A program made the position numbers and the translations under genes. Shown one piece after another: positions 13,560 through 25,886 of a stretch of DNA of 64,000 bases (the first letter of the stretch is position 1; each line of letters starts with the position of its first letter). The notes below the pieces were generated by a model, which was not told the DNA's origin, did not search any database, and saw only the letters and a program-made list of their open reading frames with translations. This stretch comes from Stegostoma tigrinum (taxonomy: Eukaryota), in NCBI RefSeq assembly GCF_030684315.1, contig NC_081387.1:24856647-24920646 (forward strand), written 5' to 3'.

Positions 13560-15175
13560 CCTTTGACGTCTTCTGCTTTCCATACAATTAGGAGACCCAA
13601 TTTAATCCCTGGCATGTCTGAAGAAACTGAAACCCGCTTTGTAGCCTTTCACTTGGAGACCATTGCTTCTCTCTTTCTTTACAGCCTCCACTCAGCTCGC
13701 TCTGTCTTTTTTTCAGGTCACCAGTCTGTGCCAGATCCCATGCTGCCACCCTGTACCATTCTATCTTCCTGCTCCCCTGCCAGTGTCCCTTGATTTGCCC
13801 ATGACTAAGCCCACAGTTCCACTCCCTGCCTTTCCTACCAATCTCCAAAAGCAATGCCCTCACCATGGTCTTGTTTCAGGCAAACGCTGCCTAGAATGAA
13901 TGTTTCACCCAGAATTGCATTCTCACAGAGACCAGGGTTATTCTCACCGAACACTGTCTCTTTCCCAGTCACTCCCACTACATTGGCCACCCTGGGTTCT
14001 ACCAAAGACTCAATACTCCCTGCCCTGTTCTGCTATTGCCCTCAGAAAGTCTTTTCATGTGACCAAGGTCCACAACTTTAATCCATTGACAGCACAGTTT
14101 CGACTGGACATCAATATAGCCTTGCCCCTTAACCAATGTCTTCCTTAATGTCTTTCATTCCCACCTGTACCCCATCCAGAGTTGACATGGCTATTAGCAC
14201 CAGACTGCATTCTTCAGTTTCAGCACGCTGTCTCTGAGGGCACCTCACGCTCCTTTGAGTAGCTCATTTTTTTCCCAAGTCTCTCATCTCTCCATTCATA
14301 GCTTTGATCTCTTTCTCCACTAACCCCTAAGGCATTCGCTGATTTTTGGGAATTGGTGCTCCTTGGGTGCTGACCTCTGTCTCCTTCAAATCTGCCTCAT
14401 CACTTTCTCCTCAAATTTCTTATACTTTCCATCTTTGCACGCTTACCATTCCAGTTGAACACCTCTTCCGTGGTGGCTCAGTACCTAGTTCTGTTCTCAT
14501 TGGATTATACTATTACCTCTTCAGTCTGATCTACTTCCAGGAATGACTTCTCTTCCTGTCTCTGCGTCCATACTTCTGGAGATTCTCAGGCATCTTGTCT
14601 TCTTGTCCCTTGTCTTCCTCATTTCCATGTTATTCTTCAACAACACCATTCAAGGACTTGATACCAAATTCCACCTAAACACCAATGACAGTCAGTCTCA
14701 CATTTCTACATGTATCCTTGCTCCCTGTGTAATGCCACATTGGCAGATGCCAATGTTTAGCCCTGGGTGTGACATCATTTCTCCCAGTTAAAGATTGCAA
14801 AAAGCCAGGGTGCCTGACTTTATACCTTGCTGAAAACTCTGGAGTTTATCGCTGATTTCACCCCCCCCCCCCCAACTTTAGCCTCAGACTGTTGACTCTT
14901 CTCATCATCGGCAGTCTAACTTAGAGCTGAGATACTGACACTACATTCCCATGATCAACAGACCATCTCCACTATATCACTCTCCTCTCACAGTCTTTGC
15001 TTCCGACCCACTCATCCTACAACTTCTGATTTAATTATTCCAATGGTATCTATGTTTAACAAAGTTTGCTGACCCAATTTTAATACCAATAATTTTCCAC
15101 CCATCATCCTTGTGTGGCTTCCAGCCCTACAACACTTACAACTTTAAAATTCTCACCCTGATGTTTGAATCACCT
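13560..15175 (+). mobile_element. Highly decayed L2-like LINE remnant
   Basis: Pyrimidine-rich body ending in TGGCTTCCAG...TTTAAAATTCTC (WLP..FKIL-like L2 C-terminus). Boundaries approximate. Confidence 0.4.
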
Positions 15176-15394
15176 AGTCCTAATGGGAATTGTATTCCTA
15201 TCTAGATATTGAATAAGAGAAGTGTTAGCCCTCTTGAGATTAATGGCACAACCATGCTTTGTCAGGTCAAAGAGAGTGAATGACCACTTGGGTCCATGAT
15301 GGTTCTGGCCAAGCAGAGATTGTGGTGACTTGTGGTGGACTGGACTAATGAGAAGTGGATGTGGAAGAATTTAAAAAAATAGTGATTGTTGCTG

Positions 15395-15628
15395 AGAGAT
15401 AATGGGAACTGCAGATGCTGGAGATTCCAAGATAATAAAGTGTGAAGCTGGATGAACACAGCAGGCCCAGCAGCATCTCAGGAGCACAAAAGCTGATGTT
15501 TCGGGCCTAGACCCTTCATCAGAGAGAGTCTCTGATGAAGGGTCTAGGCCCGAAACGTCAGCTTTTGTGCTCCTGAGATGCTGCCTGGCCTGCTGTGTTC
15601 ATCCAGCTTCACACTTTGTTATCTTGGA
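15395..15628. mobile_element. Inverted pair of PLE pLTR tails (palindrome, 100-bp arms) with two hammerhead motifs
   Basis: Arms 15426-15525 and 15529-15628 with spacer GAG. TSD GATTGTTGCTG at 15384-15394 and 15627-15637. Confidence 0.85.
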
Positions 15629-16339
15629 TTGTTGCTGCCTGTTGGACCACCCACCTTCCATAAATCTCACTAGGATCTCACATGAGTTGGGTGGTAGAGA
15701 AAATGTCTTGAGTTAAAAGGTTGCCTGCTCCACATCCACCCCCACTCACCTCCTTCAGAGCCAGGATATGAAGAGGGAGCCCAACAGTGTAATGAGACCA
15801 CAGGCGTCAAATTAAAACAAACCTAACATGAGAACAATGATAAAGAATGAAATGGGATAGGGGGACTTGCCAAATTGAAATGATCTGAAGCAATTTGAAA
15901 TCCTATTTTACGCTGCACCATTGTCTCCTGGATGAACCATGTGTGAAGGCGCTCTCTCTTTGTCTCATTCAGAGATCTGTGATCAGTAAATACAGGGCCT
16001 GAGACAATGGACACTGTCTTCAACGTCAGGCAGGAAAGGCTTGTCAATCATTTCAAACACATCACTCACATATTGCTTCATTCTCAGTCAACCCAGTGCA
16101 CACTCATGACTCCTCCAACTCAGCTCCTGGACTGACTTCACCATCACTCACTGGTCAGACAGAAATAGCACAATGTTCATAAATGGCATGAACTGTTTAC
16201 CGAATCTCCTGTTCATCTGCAGTGAATCAAATCAAGTTTCTGTCTGCGATCTGACTTGTACAGTCACAACACCAGCTGGTGTAATGTCAATATTTATATT
16301 CTTTATTTACCCATTCAATATTAATCTCAATTTAGGAAC

Positions 16340-17280
16340 AGTAATGTCTTCGGCCCAACATCTTCAACTGCTTCATTAATGACTGTCCCTCCATCATAAG
16401 ATCGGAAGTGGGGATGTTTTTCAATGATTGCACAATGTTCAGCACAATTTGCCACTCTTTAAATACTGAAACAGTACATATTCAAATGCAGCAAGATCAG
16501 AATAATATCCAGGCCTGGACCAACAAGTGACAAGTAGCATTCGCACCACACAAATGCCAGACAAAAACCATCTCAATAAGAGACAATCAAATCACTGGCC
16601 TCTGACATTCAATAGGATTACAATCACTGAATTCCCATTATCAACATCCATGGGTTACCATTGACCAGAAACTGAACAGGACTAGCTATATAAATAGAGT
16701 GGCTACAACAGCAGGTCAGAGGCTATGAATGCTATGGCAAGTAACTCACCTCCTGACTCCCTAAAGCCTCTCTACCATCTACAATGCATAAGTCAGGAGT
16801 GTGATGGAATACTCCCCACTTGCCTTGAAAGGTGCAGCTCCAAGAAGCTTGACACCATCCAGGACAAAGCAGCCATTTGTTTGGCACTACTTTCAACAGC
16901 ATTCACTCCCTCCACTATTGACGCTCAATAGCAGCAGCATGTACCATCTGCAACATGCACTGCAGAAATTCATGGAAGATCGTTAGAAAGCACCTTCCAA
17001 ACCCATGACTACTTCCATCAAGAAGGAGAGAGCAGCAGGTACATGGGAACACCACTGCCTGCAAGCTCCCCTCCAAGCTACCCACAATCCTGACTTGGAA
17101 ATATACCGCTGTTCCTGAGGGGTCACTGGTCAAAATTGTGGAATTTCCTCTCTAAGGGAATTGCCTACCATGGTCCAAGAAGGTAGTTCACTGCCACCTT
17201 CTCAAGAGGGAACTAGGGACAAGCAATAAATGCTGGGCCCAGCCAGCGACACTCATGTCCATAAGTGAATTTTAAAAAAT
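16340..17280 (+). mobile_element. Second copy of the same LINE family 3' part
   Basis: Colinear with 12380-13290 and has the same tail. Confidence 0.75.
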
Positions 17281-17607
17281 TCTCTCCCAGATGCAGATGA
17301 AGGATCCCTTGCTTGTATTTGAAATAAGAATATAATTACTAAAACTGACTTCCAAATATATATTTCCAAATTATCTCTCTACATATGCTGCCAGGCTTGC
17401 TAATTTTCACCAGTAATTTTTGCTCTTGTTTAAGATCTCCAGTATTTGCAGTTTTTTTTGTTTTATTTTGCCAAATTATCTGTTTATTGCCAAAGATTAG
17501 ATTCACAGAAACAGGACGATAGCTCTCAGCTCAGTCAAAAGTCTTTTGACGTTCAACTCAAATACTAATCTGTATCTTCATTTCACTGACCCACCTTTGG
17601 TCCATAT

Positions 17608-18275
17608 TATAGTCATAGAATTGTACAGCACAGAAACAGACTGTTCGGGGACCAACTAGTCCATGCCAACAATATTCCCAAACTAAACTAGTCCCACCTG
17701 CAATTGGCACATATCCCTCCATGCATTTCATATTCACTTACTTATCCAAATGTCTTTTAAACACTGTAACTGTGCCCTCATCCACCACTTCCTCTGGAAG
17801 TTCATTTGCACATGAATCACTCTCTGTGTAAAAAAAATTGTTTTTAAATCTCTCCTCTCACCTTAAAAATATGCCCCTCGTCTTGAAATCTCCCAATGTA
17901 GGGAAAAGACACCCTACTTTCACTTTGTCTACCCCTCATGATTTTGTAAACCTCTATAAGGCCACCTCTCAACCTCCTATGGTCAAAAGAAAAAAGTCCC
18001 AATGCTCTTTATAACTCAAACCCTCCATTCCTGACAATGTCTTGGTAAATCTCTTCTGAATCCTCTCCAGCTTAATTATATCCTCCTTATAACAAAGCAA
18101 CCAGAACTGGGCACAACATTCCAGAAGAGGTCTCGCCAACATCCTATACACCTCAATGTAATGTCCCAACTCCTAAACTTAAAGGACTGAGCAATGAAGG
18201 CAAGTAAGCCAAATGTCTTCTTAACAACCCTGCCTACATCTGATACAAAATTCAAAGAATTATGTACCTGAACCC
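17608..18275 (-). mobile_element. CR1 3' fragment
   Basis: Minus-strand ORF YRMLARPLLECCAQFW...LERIQKRFTKTL. Confidence 0.85.
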
Positions 18276-18599
18276 TTTATCCATTAACCCTCTATCCTTT
18301 CATACTCTTGAAAAAGAGTTTGCAGCCAGAGTTCTGAAAGTTCTTATTGACCCAACATCCTCAGCCTTTTGAGAATGTGAGATCAAGGCTTGCACAACAC
18401 TGTGCCTAGAAGTGTTTTCTGTTTTCACTTGAATAACTTGCTCAAACTTAACACAATATTCTTTGATCCTTGCTTCCCCAGCCTGGAGGAAATAGTTTCT
18501 TTGCAAGAGTAACCCTAAGAAGAGATTACATTCTAACGCTTTCCTTCATTCAGAACTGATTTTCCAGTGTGTAAAATGGCAAAAAATAAATTCCCATGG

Positions 18600-20400
18600 A
18601 AAGGTAGGACATTGCCAGATCCCCCATGATGACAAGAAGTATTGAGAGCCAGATTGAGCAGAAAAAGGAGTGTGTGAGATAGGTTTCAGGTGGATAGCGC
18701 AAGTGAGAACCAAGGTATCTAGATAAAGTCCAGAGAAACTTTGTTAAAAAAAATACAAGTTTTTTGTCGTTACTAAAGAAGAAGATACTACACATATCAG
18801 TGTGAAAAAGGGGGGTAGTTATGATGTTTGATGAATTGAAAATTGATGTGCCAGAAAGGCTGGCTGTACTTAAAATCGACAAGGCATCTTGTCCGGATGA
18901 GATTCATCCCAGAAAAGCAACAGGGAAATGGGAATTACAAAGCCGTCAGCTTTAATTTTCAAATTCTCCTTGGTGGAGCTAGAAACATGGAGAATTGTAA
19001 ATACTCCACTCCTGTACATGAAAATACATAAAACTAAGCCCAGCAACAATAGCCAGTGGCTTTAACATCTGTTGTGGAAAAATTGAACAGCATTGTTAAA
19101 TAGCCAAACAAATTTAACAATCACTTGCGCAAGTGTGAATTTAAATTCAGTAAAGCTAGCATAGTTTTGTCAAAGATATCATAAATTCTTAGAGTTACAG
19201 AGAAAGGCTGTTTGAGTCTGTGCCAGTCAAAAATAACACCTAACTATTCTCAGGTTTGATGTTTTTTGAAGAGGCAACAAAGAAGGTAAATGAGAGCAGA
19301 TGGAATTCCAAAATAAAGTGCTACATTACAGCTTTACCAATGAAGTTAAAACCTCTGGAATAAAAGCTACAGTAGCAGCATAGCTAGGAAATTGGTGGAG
19401 TTATGGAAAACATAGCATCTGTTTACCTTTTAGGTTTAGAAATGAGCACTGCAGAAGTCAGTGTGATGTCCTCTGCTATTCCTGTTATATATTAATAGCC
19501 TAGACACAGGGAGGGCAAGGCTCAGTTTCAAAATGTGTGAACCACATTTGAGGGATCAATGAACATTGCAGAGAACTACTTACACTTCAGAAGGATGATT
19601 GACAGAAGAGACAGGCTGATGGAAATAATTGCAGAGAGATGTGAAGTGGTTCATTTTACTGGGAACACTGGGAGAAGGGAGTGCAACTAAAAAGAGTGAT
19701 TCTGAAGAGGATGAAACAGCAGAGGTAGCTGTACCGTACCACACATGGACTGCAGTGGTTCAAGAAGGCAGCTCACCACCACTTTCTCAAGGGGCAACTA
19801 GGGACAAGCAATCAATGCTGGTAAATGAGGATAAAAACGCGTAAATTGTTCGAAATTGTAGGGCAGGGTGAAAATAGAAGTCAATAAAACTTCCAGAATC
19901 CTGGGCATGATGACTAGAGGCTAGCAATACAGGAACAAGGAAGAAAAGGTGAACCATATTGAGTTGCTAGTTTGGAGGGGCCATTGGTACCTCAGTTTAG
20001 GAAGGACATAAAGGCAGCAAAACAGAAATGCAGAAATGTTGTATGAGAAAGATTTTATTTGTGAGAGGTTTCAGTTCTGAGGATAGATTGGTGAAACTGG
20101 GTTTGTTCTCAGCAGGGATGGGGAAGCTCAGAGCAGACTCATTTCAAATTTTCAAAACCCTGAGGGGTCTGAATAGTGGATCGGGAGGAAATGTTGCATT
20201 AGGAGGTAAGGATCTAGAAAGCACTGCCTCGCAGTGTGGTAATGGAAAATTCAAAGGTGACTTAATTGGATTAAGTCCTGGAAAAAAAATGAATTTGTGG
20301 ATCAGCAGGAAGCGGGGCTGGTGAAATATCTTTCACAGAAAGGCATCATGGGACAAAATGAGCCAAAGTGCCTTTCTCTGCAGAACCATTTTATGATTCA
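18600..20400 (+). mobile_element. Old degenerate CR1 ORF2 remnant
   Basis: Remnants of PD.IHP (18895), the RT body and 3' DRLVKLGLFS/FKTLRG. Interrupted by small inserts. Confidence 0.6.
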
Positions 20401-21412
20401 TTCTTTGGTTAACTCAGTTCCTGTTTTCTAGAAAGCAGGATGAAATGCATGATTTTGAGGAAGAGCGAGACAGTGAATTGAAGTGAACGCAGCTGCCAAA
20501 AGACACAGCCTGTAGTTCCATGAAACCAAAAGAAAGGAATCTTTGATCCTTCTCCATCTCTGTTCCTCTTAGTCCACCTCTGGGTAAACCTCAAAATGTT
20601 CAACTACACAGCAATGACAGCTGTTCAATTACGACTGGGGAAACAAGATTATCAAACAGTAACAGTTCTTTAATGATAATAAACTGATCTTATTCTCAAT
20701 TTTTATGCATGCTTTTTGTTTGTGTTTAATTTCAATCATTGTATCTGCACTTTACTTCCGAACTTTATAAACTGTTCATGGACTGGAAGAATAAACAAAG
20801 ATCAAGTGCTGCAGAAGGGACTAGTAATAATTAAATTGTTAAGAGACAAAGACAAGCTGTTACATAGGGAATTGAAAGCTGTTAGACGTGTCTGTGAAAA
20901 GAAGGGGTTGAGGCCACAAGCATAAAACTGTTTGGGCACCTGCTTGATAACTGGCTGGCATATGCCACAAGGACAAATGAGGAACAGTCACTCGAAACAA
21001 AATATTAACTTTGACTTCTCTCCACAAATGCTGCCAGAGCTGCTGAACTTTTCCAGCAATTTCTATTTCTGCTTAGGAAAAATGACTGCCGGCTGAAGAA
21101 CACAAGAGTTAATTTGAAGACAGGTTGGGTCTTCAAACAGACTGTGAAGGCCAAATGCAACAAGGATCAGAGGAGTTACTTCTGATAAAGAAGCAAGCTG
21201 TGGACTCAAGGACTCTAGAGGAGTAATCACCAATAATGTAACAGCATAGGCCTGAAGGATGAAAAATTGTATAAGTTCAACTCCAGAGCTCATCAGCAGC
21301 AGAACTTCAAAGAACAACACTGCACAAGTATTGAACCCTGGGCATCCACTGTTGGTTGGAACTGTAGCTAAATGCCACCATCAATCAACTAATAGACAAG
21401 TTAAATTATGAG

Positions 21413-21893
21413 AGATAATGGGAACTGCAGATGCTGGAGATTCCAAGATAATAAAATGTGAGGCTGGATGAACACAGCAGGCCAAGCAGCATCTCAGGAG
21501 CACAAAAGCTGACGTTTCGGGCCTAGACCCTTCATCAGAGAGGGGGATGGGGGGAGGGAACTGGAATAAATAGGGAGAGAGGGGGAGGCGGACCGAAGAT
21601 GGAGAGTAAAGAAGATAGGTGGAGAGGGTGTAGGTGGGGAGGTAGGGAGGGGATAGGTCAGTCCAGGGAAGACGGACAGGTCAAGGAGGCGGGATGAGGT
21701 TAGTAGGTAGCTGGGGGTGCGGCTTGGGGTGGGAGGAAGGGATGGGTGAGAGGAAGAACCGGTTAGGGAGGCAGAGACAGGTTGGACTGGTTTTGGGATG
21801 CAGTGGGTGGGGGGGAAGAGCTGGGCTGGTTGTGTGGTGCAGTGGGGGGAGGGGATGAACTGGGCTGGTTTAGGGATGCAGTGGGGGAAGGGG
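21413..21893 (-). mobile_element. PLE 3' fragment (same family as 59189-59814) with intact hammerhead core
   Basis: Reverse complement of the intron-1 element. Hammerhead at ~21507-21540 on the minus strand. TSD AGTTAAATTATGAG at 21399-21412 and 21894-21907. Confidence 0.87.
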
Positions 21894-22430
21894 AGTTAAA
21901 TTATGAGGCTTAATGTGCTTACTTCGCTGGTCTTATTTTGGCTGCCACGTGCAATAAAGTTTGAATCATTAAGTCAGTACTTGATTGCCTTTGAGATTTC
22001 TTAATGAGTAGCTGATTTAAGGTAACTTGTGTTGATTTACCCACAACAACATTAACTGAATTACAGTGTTACTTAGTAACTTTCAGAAATATTTGTGCAA
22101 TAACTAGCCTTTGATCTTGTTCAAAATATAAAGCTTTGCTATTGGCACTTCTTAAATGAGCTAACTCACATACAAATCTGAAAGGGGTCAAAATGAACTT
22201 AACTCATTCACAACTCCCGAGTCATTGTGGTAGAATGATTAGCCAACGTCTTTTCCCTAGGGTGGGGAGTCCAAACCAAAAAGGCATAGGTTTACAGAGA
22301 GAAGAGAAAGATTTAAAGAGGACCTGAGAGGTAACTTTTTCATGCAGTGGATGGTACATGTACAGAATAAACTGCCAGAAAAGTGGTGGAGACACGTACA
22401 ATTACAGCTTTTAAAAGGCAGCTGGCTTCA

Positions 22431-23056
22431 GGCAGCACGGTGGCTCAGTGGTTAGCACTGCAGCCTCACAGCGCGAGGGACCCAGGTTCGATTCCAGCCT
22501 TGGGTAACTGTCTGTGTCGAGTTTGCACATTCTCCCCATGTCTGCATGTGTTTCCTCCAGGTGCGCCGGTTTCTTCCCACAGTCTAAAGATGGATAGGGA
22601 GAGCCTTTTTCCTAGGATGGTGAGGGCGAGCACGAGGGGGCATAGCTTTAAATTGAGGGGTGAAAGACATAGGACAGATGTCAGAGGTAGTTTCTCTCAG
22701 AGTAGTAAGGGAATGGAACGCTTTGCCTGCAACGGTAGTAGATTCGCCAACTTTATTTACATTTAAGTCGTCATTGGATAAGCATATGGACATACAAGGA
22801 ATAGTGTAGGTTAGATGGGCTTGAGATTGATATGTCAGGTCGGCACAACCTCGAGGGCCGAAGGGCCTGTGCTGTGCTGTAATGTTCTATGTTCTATGTT
22901 CTATGTGCAGGCTAGGTGGATCGGCCATGTTAAATTGCCCATAGTGTTCATGGCTGTGTGGATTATAGGGGGATGGGTCTGGGTGGGATGCTTCAAGGGG
23001 CGGTGTGGGCTTGTTGGGCCAAAGGGCCTGTTTCCACACTCTAGGGATTCTAATCT
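22431..23056 (+). mobile_element. HE1-type tRNA-derived V-SINE interrupted by a CR1 3' end (22591-22905)
   Basis: A-box TGGCTCAGTGG and B-box GGTTCGATTCC. V-domain GAGTTTGCACATTCTCCCC...GGTTTC. CR1-like tail. The inserted piece ends in (TTCTATG)n. Confidence 0.85.
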
Positions 23057-23472
23057 ATTCATATAAAAGGAATATGAATACAAAATGTTTTGAGGGGTAT
23101 GGGCCAAGTGCTGGCAAATGGGACTATTTATAGAGTCATCAAGTCATAGAGATGTACAGAACAGAAACAGATCTTTCAGACCACCTCATTTATGCCAAAC
23201 AGATATATTAAACTGATCTCGTCCCATTTGCCAGCATTTGGCCCATATCCTTCTAAACCCTTTCTATTCATTTAACTATCCAAGAGCCTTTTAAATGTTG
23301 TAATTGTACCAGCCTGTCCCCTCTCATCTTAAACCTATGTCCTCTAGTTTTGGATTGCCCTACCCTGGGGAAAAGACCTTGGCTATTCACCTCATCCACA
23401 CCCCTCATGATTTTACAAACCTCCAGAACGTCACACCTAGCTTCTGATGCTCCAGGGAAAATAGCAGCAGCT

Positions 23473-24681
23473 GGATGTGACTAGAAAAGTTGATGAGGGT
23501 CGAGCTGTGGATGTGGTGTATATGGACTTCAGTAAGGCATTTGATAAGGTTCCCCATGGTAGGCTCATTCAGAAGGTCAGGAGGAATGGGATACAGGGGA
23601 ACTTAGCTGCTTGGATACAGAATTGGCTGGCCAACAGAAGACAGCGAGTGGTAGTAGAAGGAAAATATTCTGCCTGGAAGTCAGTGGTGAGTGGAGTTCC
23701 ACAGGGCTCTGTCCTTGGGCCTCTTCTGTTTGTAATTTTTATTAATGACTTGGATGAGGGGATTGAAGGATGGGTCAGCAAGTTTGCAGACGACACAAAG
23801 GTCGGAGGTGTCGTTGACAGTGTAGAGGGCTGTTGTAGGCTGCAGCGGGACATTGACAGGATGCAGAGATGGGCTGAGAGGTGGCAGATGGAGTTCAACC
23901 TGGATAAATGCGAGGTGATGCATTTTGGAAGGTCGAATTTGAAAGCTGAGTACAGGATTAAGGATAGGATTCTTGGCAGCGTGGAGGAACAGAGGGATCT
24001 TGGTGTGCAGATACATAGATCCCTTAAAATGGCCACCCAAGTGGACAGGGTTGTTAAGAAAGCATATGGTGTTTTGGCTTTCATTAACAGGGGGATTGAG
24101 TTTAAGAGTCGTGAGATCTTGTTGCAGCTCTATCAAACTTTGGTTAGACCGCACTTGGAATACTGCATCCAGTTCTGGGCGCCCTATTATAGGAAAGATG
24201 TGGATGCTTTGGAGAGGGTTCAGAGGAGGTTTACCAGGATGCTGCCTGGACTGGAGGGCTTATCTTATGAAGAGAGGTTGACTGAGCTCGGTCTCTTTTC
24301 ATTGGAGAAAAGGAGGAGGAGAGGGGACCTCATTGAGGTATACAATATAATGAGAGGCATAGATAGAGTTGATAGCCAGAGACTATTTCCCAGGGCAGAA
24401 ATGGCTAGCACGAGGGGTCATAGTTTTAAGCTGGTTGGTGGAAAGTATAGAGGGGATGTCAGAGGCAGGTTCTTTACGCAGAGAGTTGTGAGAGCATGGA
24501 ATGCGTTGCCAGCAGCAGTTGTGGAAGCAAGGTCATTGGGGTCATTTAAGAGACTGCTGGACATGTATATGGTCACAGAAATTTGAGGGTGCATACATGA
24601 GGATCAATGGTCGGCACAACATTGTGGGCTGAAGGGCCTGTTCTGTGCTGTACTGTTCTATGTTCTATGTTCTATGTTCTA
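23473..24681 (+). mobile_element. 5'-truncated young CR1 of the same family, inserted into an older minus-strand CR1
   Basis: 369-aa open RT ORF 23477-24586, near-identical to the array CR1s, with a (TTCTATG)n tail. The flanks (23130-23472 and 24682-24730) are continuous antisense CR1. Confidence 0.93.
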
Positions 24682-25559
24682 CTCAGCCTCTCCCTGTAGC
24701 TCAAACCCTCCAAGCCTGACAACATCCTGGCATGGATGAGTTGAACTGAAGGGTCTGTTTCTATGTTGTATGACCCTATGTGGAAATTCCATCCAAGTTC
24801 AGACATTTCAGAGAATTTGCATGCCCTTTCACAGGGAGATCAGGATGTTCAATGAACATTTCCCTCTCTAGAGGAACCTAATTGGCTCCATTTGACAGAG
24901 GCATCTGTCTGAACGTTGTAGAAAAATTTGGTTAATCTGGAGTTCTCACTCGGGAAGTTTGGTTGATCGGTCACATCCACCCAGTTGGATTTTTGATTCT
25001 GTTGATGTGAAGGCTTGACATGTCCACCATAACAAAATAATTGGGTCCTCTGCTGTTTCACTGTATGACACCAGTAACTGTAAACCAAGTGGGATTTCTT
25101 TGCCCGTGCAGGGCTTCCAGACGCTGTGGAAGTTGCTACACAAATGCAAGTCCTATAGTTCTGTTCTTTCACTTTGGTCTGCCCAAACCTTGTTGGCCAT
25201 TCAGAGCAAGGAGTCAACCCCGAGTGTTACACACTGGCACTTTCCAAGGTCTAAGACTAGGGACGAAGTGACGCACGTGTGCTTGGGGCAGCTGCTGCCA
25301 TGGTGCAGTGGGGAAACACCACTGTTTGCGGTCTTCCTGCCGAAGCTAAATGGGGTCCATTCAGTAGTTGGATCCTCCAGGTGTCTCAAGTGTATGCAAA
25401 TATAATCTTGTACAAGTAAGAAATACCTTTGGCTTGTTTGTTGGATAGAGTTAAACTCCAAGGTTTGTTTGTTCCTTTATATGCTAACATACAGAACTGA
25501 ACTGTCCAGTGACTATGCCACGAGCACAAAGGGGATCAATGGAGAATCTGGATGAATTA

Positions 25560-25765
25560 CTGGAGCCCACTTTTGGTTCAGTGCAGCTTTCCCCGGTTTT
25601 GGGGAAAACAGCTCTGGTTCCGCGTTGGGTGAAAGTTACACAGAGCCAGTCTCACATTCGGTCAGGAGAATGGTCGCTTTCCAAACGCTAATGTTTCTGC
25701 CTGGGTATTTCCACTCCATTGCATCACAGTTACCAGTGATGTGGTTCTGCTCGTTATAAGGAGCT
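25560..25765 (+). promoter_or_regulatory. Proximal promoter of TNF copy 1
   Basis: TATAA 25755-25759. kB-like GGGTATTTCC 25703-25712. C/EBP-ATF composite ATTGCATCA 25718-25726. RUNX TGTGGTT 25740-25746. Inverted TTTCCCC/GGGGAAA pair 25588-25607. Conserved in all four copies. Confidence 0.7.
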
Positions 25766-25886
25766 GTTGGTGAGCAGCAGCAGTTACAGAGCAGGCAGCT
25801 CCCACCGAGAGAGAGAGAGAGACAGAGAGGCTGACCGGCTCAGAGACACACACTCACACACCGAACTCCGGCTGCCGTCTGACACC

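Noticed and set aside
21540-21893. G-rich, G-quadruplex-prone tract with ~39-nt repeats
   Set aside because: Fully explained as the PLE 3' region; the reverse complement is at ~59365-59720.
4632-21893. Recurrent conserved repeats as a CRISPR-like array
   Set aside because: Dispersed, mixed orientation and TSD-flanked retroelement tails in a eukaryotic genome; no repeat-spacer periodicity.
22431-22500. tRNA-like sequence
   Set aside because: It is the tRNA-derived head of a SINE, not a tRNA gene.
23569-24154. Long antisense ORFs over the CR1 RT (also 41232-42495 and 53208-54471)
   Set aside because: Shadow ORFs of the RT coding strand.
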